DNA of 64,000 nucleotides, from contig OZ241362.1 in the NCBI GenBank assembly GCA_965200315.1, positions 4,832,001 through 4,896,000 of the forward strand, given 5' to 3'. The notes under the pieces were generated by a model. It saw nothing but the letters and a program-made list of their open reading frames with translations, did no database searches and had not been told where the DNA came from. Of this stretch, positions 10,450 to 19,676 are shown in pieces; the stretch's first letter is position 1; each line of letters begins with the position of its first letter. Source of the DNA: Candidatus Latescibacterota bacterium. GTDB lineage: Bacteria > Latescibacterota > UBA2968 > UBA8231. Both the position numbers and the translations under genes were made by a program.

Positions 10450-13172
10450 TGTACTGGCTCCAGTCCCACGACCATGCGGATAAAAAACTGTTCAAAATCA
10501 ATATCCTCGAATTTCCGCGTACGGTCCTTCATGCGGCGTCGGCTGATCTCGTAGCCGGCTGTAAGCGCCATATCGAAACCAGCGTATTCAAAGCGATTGA
10601 CCAGCATGAAAAGCGCATCGCGGGTGTTGTAGTCTTGGTCTCCATTTCGGCCATTGCGGTAGATGCTGGGCAGCGCGGATAGCCCTTGGACCCCGCCGCG
10701 CAGGAAGGTGCGTTCGGTGAATTTGAAGTCGGCCACTATCATGGGGAAGCCGAAGACCTCGGACACTGGCTGAATGCGCCCCCGGTCGTCGGTGCGGCGG
10801 CGCAGCATGAGTTTGTAGCGCGGCGATACCTCTAGCCCGCCCAAGCGCCAGCGGTAATCTGCTCGCAACACCGAAGTCCACAGCTGAATCGCATTGTCGC
10901 GGCTCTTGGCGCTGAGCTGTTGGTTGACTTTGAACTTGAGATTGGCACCGACAAAGAGGTTGCGCACCCCCCGGAAGGCGAAGTCGACGAAGGCGGTGTT
11001 GACGGCGCTGTCCCGCATTAACAATTCGTCTTCGACAAAGGTCTCAATGGTGGTACGCGGATTAAAGATGTCGAAATTGGCCACGTCGCCAAAGCGGAAT
11101 ACGCCGTCGGGAATGTCGTCCTGTACCCGCTTTAAGAAGTCCACGGCCCGCACTTCACCCCAGTTGCCGAAGCGCCGCTGGTACTCGGCTTTGGCGTACC
11201 ACACATCCGCCCGCTGGCCACCCCAGATGGCCTTCATATCGTAGTGCCCAAAGGTCAGTTCCAGCGCGCGCTGGGGCTGAAAGCGCACAAAGAGATGGTA
11301 GCCCTTGCGGTTGAGGTCATACGGGTAGTCCGGCTTGTTGTCGTTTTCGCGCACGTCCATGACGCCATTGTTGTTCAGGTCGTCGCCGTAGTCGAAATCG
11401 TCTGGATCGACGTCGTAGAGCAAAAAGGGCTCGAAATAATCGGGTACTTGGTTGCGATTGCGGTTGGTGTCAGGGGTGCCGTCTTGGTCCTTGTCCAGAC
11501 CGGGGAAAATCCCGTTCTGGTCCTCGAAACTGGGTATGAAGAAATCGTCTGGAAAAGGGTCTTTGTCGTCGTTGTCGTCAACCGTGTTTAGGTCGAGGGT
11601 ATTGTTCAGGCTCTCGTCGGTCGAACCCAACTCGCCGGCGAAAGGCCCGGTGCCAGAGGCCGCGTATGCCGCTAGCGTCAGGTCGGTCACCGAAAGCTCG
11701 GTGCGGTACTCGGGGCCGAGGTGGAACAGCTCCCCACCAACGGCAATTTTCGGGGTAAATTCCCGCTCGATATTGAGCAGATAGGCGTAGCTACTGCGGT
11801 CGTGGCGCCGGCCGCGGTGATCGTGGACGGGGTACTGGCGGAAGTTGAAGCTGTGGGCCCACTCGCCCTTGAAGCGGAAGCCCTTTACGTCCGTGCTCAG
11901 ACCTAGGCCAGCCAAGGTGAGACCGGTCTGGCGGCCGTAGTCAAAGCGGATCTGCTCGACATCGGCGCCGGCGGATCCACGCCCTTTGGAGCCGGCCAAA
12001 CTTTTGTAAAAAGTGGCGCGGTTGCGCTGGGCTGGTTCATTGCGGGATTCGCGCGGGTCAACGGCGTAGATCTCCGACACGCTGACGCGATAATTGCCAC
12101 TCAGCAGTGCCTCAAAGGAGGCCGACACCACGTCCTCGTCCTCGGGCAGCGGGAACCAGAACAAGACATAGTCCTTGCCATCGGCGCGGAAAGAACCATC
12201 GGGCTCGGGTGTCTGCAGCGGATAGGTGCCCAAGCGGTGGCCCTTTAACACTTCCACGTAGGGCGGAATTGGCCGTTTGAAGAAGAAGTCCTTGTTGGGA
12301 AAGTTCGGATTAAAATCCTCGGTGTTGTGGCGCGTGACAAAAGGTTCAATGTCGTCTCGTCGCTCGCCGTTGAGCAGGATATTGACGTCGAAGACCCGAG
12401 CTCCGTTGCCGTCCAAGGGCGAGGTGTCTTCAATGCGGACCACCAAGTAATCGATTACCTGTACCCGATTGGGCAATTGACCCTTCATGCCATTCCAATC
12501 GGGCGGCGAGCGAGTGTCAATGCGGAAGAGGTTCACATAAGAGGTACTCAGGTCGATGGTGCGCCAGTGCCATTGCCAGTGGCCGCCCAACAGGTACGCA
12601 GCAAAGGCCGCGGTGCTCAGGGCACTAGCGTCCTCTTGGGAAAGTACGGGCTTGTCCATGCGCGAGGCTAGGACCGAGAAGTTGTGCCTTTCATTGGCTA
12701 AATCCCAGCGGATGCCATTGAAGGCGGCCAGATCTAGGATCAACGGCGAGAAATGGGTGCGGATGCGGTCGCCGATGATCAGCCGAGTCTGCCAGTTATT
12801 ATAGCTGTCGTCGGCTACCATCAGGCGGTTGAGAAACCCCTCGTAATTGTTCGGCTTGGCAATAGTGCTGCCGCTGAATATTTGGGCCGGATCGTCAAAG
12901 CGGCGGTTCTCCCGCAGGTGGTACACCTCGACGCCGTTTACCAGAAAGTCGCCGAACTCGTCGTACACGGGGTTGGCCGTGCGCGTGATGACATTGCGGG
13001 GCCAAGTCCGGTACCCCTCTAGGCCGTAGTTGTCGTAGGTGAGCAGGCCGGGGCGGTAGAGCATTAGGCGGGCACCGGTGGTGTGGGGCTTGAGAAGTCT
13101 GGGCTCGCCTTCGCCACGCACCGTCGTTGCTAGGGCCGCTATAAGTACGCCTGTTGAGATCGCTTTTAGCAT
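10446..13172 (-). CDS. Large exported protein of unknown family (paralog 2)
   Basis: 908 aa with signal peptide and the same conserved blocks. Ends EQFFIRMVVGLEPVQ. ATGA overlap with the downstream gene. Confidence 0.75.
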   Translation of the reverse strand: MLKAISTGVLIAALATTVRGEGEPRLLKPHTTGARLMLYRPGLLTYDNYGLEGYRTWPRNVITRTANPVYDEFGDFLVNGVEVYHLRENRRFDDPAQIFSGSTIAKPNNYEGFLNRLMVADDSYNNWQTRLIIGDRIRTHFSPLILDLAAFNGIRWDLANERHNFSVLASRMDKPVLSQEDASALSTAAFAAYLLGGHWQWHWRTIDLSTSYVNLFRIDTRSPPDWNGMKGQLPNRVQVIDYLVVRIEDTSPLDGNGARVFDVNILLNGERRDDIEPFVTRHNTEDFNPNFPNKDFFFKRPIPPYVEVLKGHRLGTYPLQTPEPDGSFRADGKDYVLFWFPLPEDEDVVSASFEALLSGNYRVSVSEIYAVDPRESRNEPAQRNRATFYKSLAGSKGRGSAGADVEQIRFDYGRQTGLTLAGLGLSTDVKGFRFKGEWAHSFNFRQYPVHDHRGRRHDRSSYAYLLNIEREFTPKIAVGGELFHLGPEYRTELSVTDLTLAAYAASGTGPFAGELGSTDESLNNTLDLNTVDDNDDKDPFPDDFFIPSFEDQNGIFPGLDKDQDGTPDTNRNRNQVPDYFEPFLLYDVDPDDFDYGDDLNNNGVMDVRENDNKPDYPYDLNRKGYHLFVRFQPQRALELTFGHYDMKAIWGGQRADVWYAKAEYQRRFGNWGEVRAVDFLKRVQDDIPDGVFRFGDVANFDIFNPRTTIETFVEDELLMRDSAVNTAFVDFAFRGVRNLFVGANLKFKVNQQLSAKSRDNAIQLWTSVLRADYRWRLGGLEVSPRYKLMLRRRTDDRGRIQPVSEVFGFPMIVADFKFTERTFLRGGVQGLSALPSIYRNGRNGDQDYNTRDALFMLVNRFEYAGFDMALTAGYEISRRRMKDRTRKFEDIDFEQFFIRMVVGLEPVQ

Positions 13173-13176
13173 GGAC

Positions 13177-15891
13177 TCAATTCGTCCTCACCTGCAGGAA
13201 AAACTCCGAAGTCTCTACCGTGCCCGTCGTGCTGGAGTGGACAAAGTCGGTAAAGGATTTTCGCAGTCCTAGATTCATGCTGATCCGGTAGCCGGTGTAG
13301 CTGCTGTTGTTTTGCAAGCCGATGATATAGTGCCAGGCATTGAAATCGTTGGAAGGTGCCACGGCATCGCGAAAGCGATGCTTCAAGAGGGGAAAGCCCT
13401 GGATGCCCGCCTTTATGGTGGTGCGTTCGGTTAAGAAAAAATCGAGCCGCAGGATTGGTGCTAGGTTGGTCTCGTCGCCTAGGTCGCCCAGTAGTGCTGA
13501 GTCGGAGCGCTGATAGGTCCATTTGAGCATAGGGGTCAGCGTCAATTTCTGGCGCGGCTGCCAGACGTAGTCGACCCGATTTACTAGGGCCAGAGACCAG
13601 TCATTACCCGAATTTTGTGTCTGGCCATCGGCAAAGGTGTCGGCCAAGCGGTGGTTGAGTTCGCCGCGCCAGGTAGTATTGAGCGTCAGGTGGTCGACGC
13701 CGGTGTAGTTGAACTGCACATAGCTCAGATGGGCATGGCTGTTGCGATAGCTCAAGGGATCGGCGCGCAAGCCGATCTCGTAGCGGCCCCTCAGTAGCGG
13801 GTTGGACACGTATTGATAGAGCGGGTCGGGGATATCGTCTTGGACGCGTTTGCTGCGGTGGCGCAGCTTTAGGTGGATATTGTCGAACAGGGGTCGGCGG
13901 TACTCGAGTTTGGCGTACAGGGAGCGATTGCGACCGCCTCCAGCAATCTGGTCGATAGCGTGTCCGCCCAACCGCAACTCGAGTTGGGAAGTGGGGTTGA
14001 AGGTAAAGAATACATGCTGCCCTTTGCTGTCGCGCTCGTAGGGGTAGTCGGGTTTGTTGTCGTTTTCGCGCGAGTCAACCACGCCATTGTTGTTGAAATC
14101 GTCGCCGTACACGAAGTCTGCGGACTCGACGAAGTACATGAGGAAGGGCTCTTGGTAGTCGGGCAGGAGATTGTCGTTGACATTGGTGTCGAAGATGCCG
14201 TCGCCGTTGTCGTCTAGGCCGGGGAATACCCCGAAGCCGACGTCGCGCAGGGAGCCGGGAAAGAGGTTTTCTTTGACTTCAATGGCCGCCTCAGTGACGT
14301 CGTTCTGGAAGCGCAGGTCTAGGGGATCGTCGTGTTCCCAGGAATCGGGCCAGGGGTCCAAATCGTCGTTGTCGTCGACCAGGTCAAACTCTTTCAGGGC
14401 GGGCACGAATTCGTCGAAATAAGTGAAAGAGGTGCGGTATTGGGGTGGGGCCCGAAACAGCTCCCAGCCCACGGCGAAGTTCGCGAATAGGCGCTTACCC
14501 TGCAGTGAATAAGCGCGTTCAGCCCGCTTGTGCCGTCGGCCTTCTTGGACGGGAAAGATAAGGTGCTGGGTGCTGGTGTTGAGGTCGCCGCGCACTTCAA
14601 AGCCGAGCAGGTCCAGTTCGAGATTGGCGCCGTAGAGTTCCAAGCCCGAGGGGAAGCCGTAGTCGAACTCAACCCATCCCATGTTTGAACCGTTGCGGAC
14701 GTTGCCCCCAGCCCGCACCACATTGCGCCAGTCTTCCCACGCGGAGCCGACCACGCCGCTCCGGCCGATGGGAGCACCTAAGTCGATGGCGTAGTCGTTG
14801 GCCGCTAGGACTCTAAAGGAGATATGTTCGGCCTCGGGCGGCACTACAAAGCGGAACAGCAATACGTCGTCGCCGTCGGCTTGGAGGGCCTCTTCGCCGT
14901 CTAGTTGCAAGGGTTCGGCATTGTTAAACAGGCCGCGCGAACCAAAAAGACTGCCGAAACCAACGGTGTGCGGCAGCCAAGACTGCCGGCGGCGCAGATG
15001 GGGCACATCTTCCAAACGCAGACGTTCGGGAATCATGCGCTGCTCTTTGCCTAGGGATACGAGGCCGGCGATCCGGCGCACTGCTGGAGCCGTCTGGCTG
15101 GGCTGGCCATTGACGATCATCTGTACATCGTGGACTTGGGCTCCCACCCCATCTGCGGGCGAATCATCGCTGATGGCGAGAAAGACTTCGCTCGGTGTGA
15201 CTAGGTTGGTGGGGAAAGCGCCTTTGCGGAAAGAACCCTCCCGACGCCCCAGCAAGGTGTCCGTGATATGGGTATTGACGTACGAGGCACCAAATTGCAA
15301 GACACTGCCGATTTGGGTTTTCCAGTGTCCGCCGAAGAGATAGGTCACAAAGTCGAGCGGCCGCGCAGAGGCGAAGTTGCGCAGGGGATCGGAAATGCGC
15401 GAGCCCAATATGGTGAAGCGGTTGCGCTGCGAATTGGAGTCCCAGCGGATGCCATTCATGCGGTTAATCGATAACATCATGGGCTTGAAGCGAGCCTCCA
15501 CGGCCCGGCCGAGGATGACCGACGAACCCCAGTCCTGATAGGAATCACTGGCGACGACCAGATTCTGAAAAAGGTCTCGGTAGTCGTCGTTTTTGAAGAT
15601 GATGCTGCCGCCAAAGGGCGAAATGGTGCGAAATTCTTGGGTGCGGTAGAGATCGGCACCGTTGAGCAGGGTGAAGCCGAAGGGGTCGTAAACGCGCGTC
15701 TCCTCGTCGAGGAAGAAGCCGCCCGCTAAGCGCCGCAGACGGATATCGCGGTAGGAAAAATGAGCGTAGTTCTCATAATCCTCATTGGCCCACAGGGGAT
15801 AGTATTCGCGGTTGAGGTATTGGCCGTGGGAGCGGTCAAAAAAGCCGGTCAGCATCAGCAAAAGCAGGCAGGTTGTTTTAAGGCAGCGCAT
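13177..15891 (-). CDS. Large exported protein of unknown family (paralog 3)
   Basis: 904 aa with signal peptide and the same conserved blocks. Ends SEFFLQVRTN. Confidence 0.75.
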   Translation of the reverse strand: MRCLKTTCLLLLMLTGFFDRSHGQYLNREYYPLWANEDYENYAHFSYRDIRLRRLAGGFFLDEETRVYDPFGFTLLNGADLYRTQEFRTISPFGGSIIFKNDDYRDLFQNLVVASDSYQDWGSSVILGRAVEARFKPMMLSINRMNGIRWDSNSQRNRFTILGSRISDPLRNFASARPLDFVTYLFGGHWKTQIGSVLQFGASYVNTHITDTLLGRREGSFRKGAFPTNLVTPSEVFLAISDDSPADGVGAQVHDVQMIVNGQPSQTAPAVRRIAGLVSLGKEQRMIPERLRLEDVPHLRRRQSWLPHTVGFGSLFGSRGLFNNAEPLQLDGEEALQADGDDVLLFRFVVPPEAEHISFRVLAANDYAIDLGAPIGRSGVVGSAWEDWRNVVRAGGNVRNGSNMGWVEFDYGFPSGLELYGANLELDLLGFEVRGDLNTSTQHLIFPVQEGRRHKRAERAYSLQGKRLFANFAVGWELFRAPPQYRTSFTYFDEFVPALKEFDLVDDNDDLDPWPDSWEHDDPLDLRFQNDVTEAAIEVKENLFPGSLRDVGFGVFPGLDDNGDGIFDTNVNDNLLPDYQEPFLMYFVESADFVYGDDFNNNGVVDSRENDNKPDYPYERDSKGQHVFFTFNPTSQLELRLGGHAIDQIAGGGRNRSLYAKLEYRRPLFDNIHLKLRHRSKRVQDDIPDPLYQYVSNPLLRGRYEIGLRADPLSYRNSHAHLSYVQFNYTGVDHLTLNTTWRGELNHRLADTFADGQTQNSGNDWSLALVNRVDYVWQPRQKLTLTPMLKWTYQRSDSALLGDLGDETNLAPILRLDFFLTERTTIKAGIQGFPLLKHRFRDAVAPSNDFNAWHYIIGLQNNSSYTGYRISMNLGLRKSFTDFVHSSTTGTVETSEFFLQVRTN

Positions 15892-15892
15892 C

Positions 15893-17944
15893 TCAGTACA
15901 CCACCGCTACGGAGCCCACGGCGGTTTTGTCGCCTTGGTCCAATTGGGCCCGCACCCTCACTAGGTACAGACCCGGCACCACCAAAGTGCCATCGTCGTC
16001 GCGGCCGTCCCAAAAACCCGGGCTGAGCGCCGGGTCGCCTCCGGCTGGAGGGCGCACGTACTGGCCGCCGCGCAGCAAGCCGGGGTCTAGCTGGCGCACC
16101 AAGCGGCCCCCCAAGTCGAAGATATCCACGTCTATTTCCTGTGGCACACTGATCCGCGAGAGGACGAATTCAACGATGGTATGGTCGTTGATGTTGTCGC
16201 CGTTGGGAGTGAAAACGGGCGGATTGGCCCGCACTTGGTCCAATATCGGCCCAAGCGCGTCGAATGCTCGCACACTCCAAGAATAAGGGGCACCGGTCTC
16301 GGGATTAGAGGCGTCATCCTCTTCGGCATTGAGTGAAATAGCTGCCTGTGGGCTGGAAAGGCGCGTGGAAAAGGCGAACTGGTTGGTCAGCAACCGCGCT
16401 CTGAAACGCAGTTGCAATTGGCCGGACTGGTGCCAGCGATCGGCCCATACCAACTCCAGCGCGTCGCCCGCAATAGTGGTGTGGTCGACTTCCATCCCCG
16501 GGGGAGGCACGATTTCTGTTACCGCGGCTAGACTCGGCATATCGATGCGGATGCGTTCCACGCCCAAATCATCCTCGTCGAATTCGACTTCGAGGTAGTA
16601 GATGAATTCGGTCTCGCGCCCCACTATCCCTCTATTCGGTTCTACCCGGACGCGGGCGGCCGAGGCGGGCGTTTGCTCGGAGAAAGCAATGATTAGACTA
16701 TCTAGGCGCGGCCCGACGTCTTCAAAATCAGTGGAGAAATTGACCCGATACTGCAGCAAGTCCCGCGGTTCGGGCACTTGTAGATCGGCTTCTGAGGCAG
16801 CGGTCTCAGGGCTCCAGTCGCTCCAAGAGACGCCGTCGTTTGAAGTGCGGAACTGCAGGCTCAGGGCGGTGCCGGCGGGCCGCTGCCCGGTCCAGCGAAA
16901 GCGGTCGTAGAGCTTGCGCTGGCCGGGCAAGCCCAAATCCACTGGTGCCGAAGTGAACGTACCCGCGGGGGCCACCCCCTGCCCGGTCACCTGAATATCG
17001 GCGACGCGGGCCCGGCGCAGTGGATCGAGTTCGGTAGCGACCACGCGCAAAAAGCGGCCGAAGATCGGCTCAAAGGCGACGGCGGTTTGCTCAAAATCGG
17101 CAATGCCGCGAATGGTCCCGACTTCGCGCCACTGAAAACCGTCGTTGCCGACTTCGACGGCGTACCCCTGTAGCGTGTTGGCGGCAAAATCTTCGGCATT
17201 CTCTCCGGCCGTAAAGACCCGTACTTCGCCGAGCAGGCGCTGGATGCCCAAATCGACGCGGGCAAAGCTGTTGAGTTCGTCGGGTTCGATTGTCCAGACG
17301 CTTTCGGCTTGGCCGTCAAATACCTCCGGTCGATTTGCCGACTGACTAAGTGCCAAATTCTCGCCCTCGACGGTGCGCAAGCTCAGCCCGTCGCCGCCCA
17401 CGTCAACGCCCCCCGGGTAGCCGGCAATTACTTCTGCTCCGAGGGTGTCGTCCCAGCCGGAAAGCCTGTGTCGTTCTAGCCAGCCGCGCTGCACCGTTGT
17501 CCAGCCTGCTACCTCGCTAACATCTGCCGTCAGCCAGTCGGTGCCTTGCTGGGGAGCGCCGCTCCAGCGCCAGACCTCCTGCAGACCGCTGGTAGTACTC
17601 AGCCACGCCTGTTCGCCGGCGACCACTTCGACGATCAGACCGCTGCCGTTGCCCTGTCCCCAGTTTCCCACGCGCACGGCTAGATGGTTAGCACCGCCTT
17701 GCAGGTCGACCGCCAGTTCCTCCACGGTCGCCCAGTCGCCGTCGCGGCCCACTAAGTCGCCGTTGAGGAAAACCTCGTATTCATTGACCGCGGTCAGACG
17801 CAACGCGGCCGGTGTCGCTTCGGCCGCATTGAAGGTAAGCCGGTAGTAAACAACTTGGTCCCACTGCGCTATCTGCCACTCGGCCGCAGCCGCAGGCGAA
17901 AGCACCGCTAGAACAAAACCCACTACCAATGGCATGACGTTCAT
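15893..17944 (-). CDS. Secreted discoidin/galactose-binding-like + FlgD protein with CHU_C-like motif (paralog of 8383-10449)
   Basis: 683 aa with signal peptide. LTAVNEYEVFLNG, PPVFTPNGDNINDHT and WDGRDDDGTLVVPGLY. Ends VAVVY, like its paralog. Confidence 0.8.
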   Translation of the reverse strand: MNVMPLVVGFVLAVLSPAAAAEWQIAQWDQVVYYRLTFNAAEATPAALRLTAVNEYEVFLNGDLVGRDGDWATVEELAVDLQGGANHLAVRVGNWGQGNGSGLIVEVVAGEQAWLSTTSGLQEVWRWSGAPQQGTDWLTADVSEVAGWTTVQRGWLERHRLSGWDDTLGAEVIAGYPGGVDVGGDGLSLRTVEGENLALSQSANRPEVFDGQAESVWTIEPDELNSFARVDLGIQRLLGEVRVFTAGENAEDFAANTLQGYAVEVGNDGFQWREVGTIRGIADFEQTAVAFEPIFGRFLRVVATELDPLRRARVADIQVTGQGVAPAGTFTSAPVDLGLPGQRKLYDRFRWTGQRPAGTALSLQFRTSNDGVSWSDWSPETAASEADLQVPEPRDLLQYRVNFSTDFEDVGPRLDSLIIAFSEQTPASAARVRVEPNRGIVGRETEFIYYLEVEFDEDDLGVERIRIDMPSLAAVTEIVPPPGMEVDHTTIAGDALELVWADRWHQSGQLQLRFRARLLTNQFAFSTRLSSPQAAISLNAEEDDASNPETGAPYSWSVRAFDALGPILDQVRANPPVFTPNGDNINDHTIVEFVLSRISVPQEIDVDIFDLGGRLVRQLDPGLLRGGQYVRPPAGGDPALSPGFWDGRDDDGTLVVPGLYLVRVRAQLDQGDKTAVGSVAVVY

Positions 17945-18408
17945 TGCTCAGCTATTTCTCGTTGTGCTCCCGACTCGAGGTCGAGGCTTACAGTGACGAG
18001 TTTGGTAACTGGATTGACTACCAGACGGTGATATTGGCCGAAGGGCTTCCAGCGCTTTGAGCCGTTTTCCCAGACTTGTTCCGGCTCTTGCTCTGGCACG
18101 GACAGGCCAATGCGCCGCAGTGCTTCCGCCGTATCAAAGGGGTCCATCTTTTTGAACGTATAGGTCACATAAGATGCGCTACCGTGTATCAAATCCACGT
18201 AAACCCAAGTGCTATCTCCATCCGCATCTCTCCACTGTAGAGTGGTTATTTTCTCGGAGCGCACAAAGTCGAAATCCGGCTCGCCCAAGCGTTCTTTTAG
18301 GGTTTGTTCGGTTTTGTGCAATATTTGCTGCACTGCGAGCTGCGGCACTTCTTCCTGGTCGCAAGCGACTAGCAAAAAGAAAGTGGCAAAGAGTATGCTA
18401 GCTTGCAC
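17941..18408 (-). CDS. Small hypothetical lipoprotein
   Basis: 155 aa, GTG start, lipobox LLVA-C. Overlaps both neighbouring genes. Confidence 0.65.
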   Translation of the reverse strand: MQASILFATFFLLVACDQEEVPQLAVQQILHKTEQTLKERLGEPDFDFVRSEKITTLQWRDADGDSTWVYVDLIHGSASYVTYTFKKMDPFDTAEALRRIGLSVPEQEPEQVWENGSKRWKPFGQYHRLVVNPVTKLVTVSLDLESGAQREIAEQ

Positions 18409-19649
18409 TATTCCACCTTGAAAGTGAAGGGGTAGGTCACCAATACCGGCAGTGGCGTCAACCGGGGTGCTGTGGCCCGCGCTCCGGGGCCGCTCGTCGG
18501 CCCATTCTCTCCACTCGCGGCACCAGCCGTCGGCACCTGCAGGGCCCCTATATCAATAGGCCGGAAAGCCCACCGCATAATTTCTTGTTGCAGGCACTGG
18601 CCCACGGCTTGGCTGCCCACGCTCGAGTTGGTGGCCTTGGCCTCGGAAACGGCACCGCCTACCTCAATGGTGAAGCGCATGGTCACTGCGCCTTCGGTGG
18701 CCTCTCCTTTGTCGAATGCTTCGACGAAGCAGCGATTGAGATCCGCCAAACGCTGACGCACCACGGCCCGAATGGCACTCAGGCTGCGAGTGCTCTCACC
18801 GGGCAGGTTGCCCATGAGCTGGCTAGGCCCATTCTCGGAAATCATCAGTGTTTCGGCGGTAGAGCCGCTGGTTGCTCCCTTTTGCACGACGCGATCTTCC
18901 ACTTCGTGCTTAAAGACAAAGCGCAGATCCCGCTTTTCCACGGGTTTGTCAAAAGCCCCGAAACGCAAGACGAAGTCCTTCAGGATTAGCACTACTTCCT
19001 CGGTCTCGGGATAAACCGGATCGAAGACGATGAAACCGCCGTAATTCTCGCCCTTAAATATGGGCTGGTCTTCCTCGTAGTTATAGCTGCGCACCATGCC
19101 CATGCGCAGCTCGAAGCGATAGAACTCGTTGCCGCTCTGGCCGCGCTGCGAGCGGTAGTAGTTTTCAAAGTTGCCATAGGGCGACGACGAAGTGATGCCG
19201 TAGGCGCGCAGGAACTGGCCTTGGTCGGTCTCCAATACGGCTGCCAATGGGTCGAGCATGACTTTGGGCTGAGTGCGGTTGAAAATAGTGACCTTAAAAA
19301 CGGTGAAGCGGTTGGGCGTATACCCTAGGCGTGTATCGGTCCAGTTGCCGTAGGTATAGGGATTGGTCGAGTACTTGCCGCGCCCCGATTCGTTGGGGAA
19401 GAGGGCGTTGAGCTTGGCGTCGGTCATGTGCTCTACCTCGAGGCGCAGACCGGCTAGTTCCCAAGAGATCGCGTCATCCTCCTGCAGACTATAGGCCCCT
19501 TCCGTTGCCGCGGACTCGATGACCGGCAACAGCAGGGTTTCGCGCTTGACGGCTGTGGGAAAGAGAAAACAGCCTGATAGCAGACCGCACAGAGCAATGA
19601 TACAGATCAGTCGGCCGCGTCTCATCGCGCTATTATCCTCTTTACTCAT
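18408..19649 (-). CDS. Lipoprotein with C-terminal AgmX/PglI (TonB-C-like) domain
   Basis: Lipobox LLSG-C. C-terminal RSLSAIRAVVRQRLADLNRCF...GAVTMRFTI...G.V...VGQCL...W.F...VTYPFTF, the pattern seen in GltG/GltJ-type domains. Confidence 0.7.
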   Translation of the reverse strand: MSKEDNSAMRRGRLICIIALCGLLSGCFLFPTAVKRETLLLPVIESAATEGAYSLQEDDAISWELAGLRLEVEHMTDAKLNALFPNESGRGKYSTNPYTYGNWTDTRLGYTPNRFTVFKVTIFNRTQPKVMLDPLAAVLETDQGQFLRAYGITSSSPYGNFENYYRSQRGQSGNEFYRFELRMGMVRSYNYEEDQPIFKGENYGGFIVFDPVYPETEEVVLILKDFVLRFGAFDKPVEKRDLRFVFKHEVEDRVVQKGATSGSTAETLMISENGPSQLMGNLPGESTRSLSAIRAVVRQRLADLNRCFVEAFDKGEATEGAVTMRFTIEVGGAVSEAKATNSSVGSQAVGQCLQQEIMRWAFRPIDIGALQVPTAGAASGENGPTSGPGARATAPRLTPLPVLVTYPFTFKVE

Positions 19650-19676
19650 GTAGTTCGCCTTTGGAAACTGTCGCCT

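Noticed and set aside
5433-15891. Calling the ~900-aa proteins TonB-dependent receptors or SprA
   Set aside because: No plug-domain signature or terminal Phe, and they are far shorter than SprA, so they are left unassigned.
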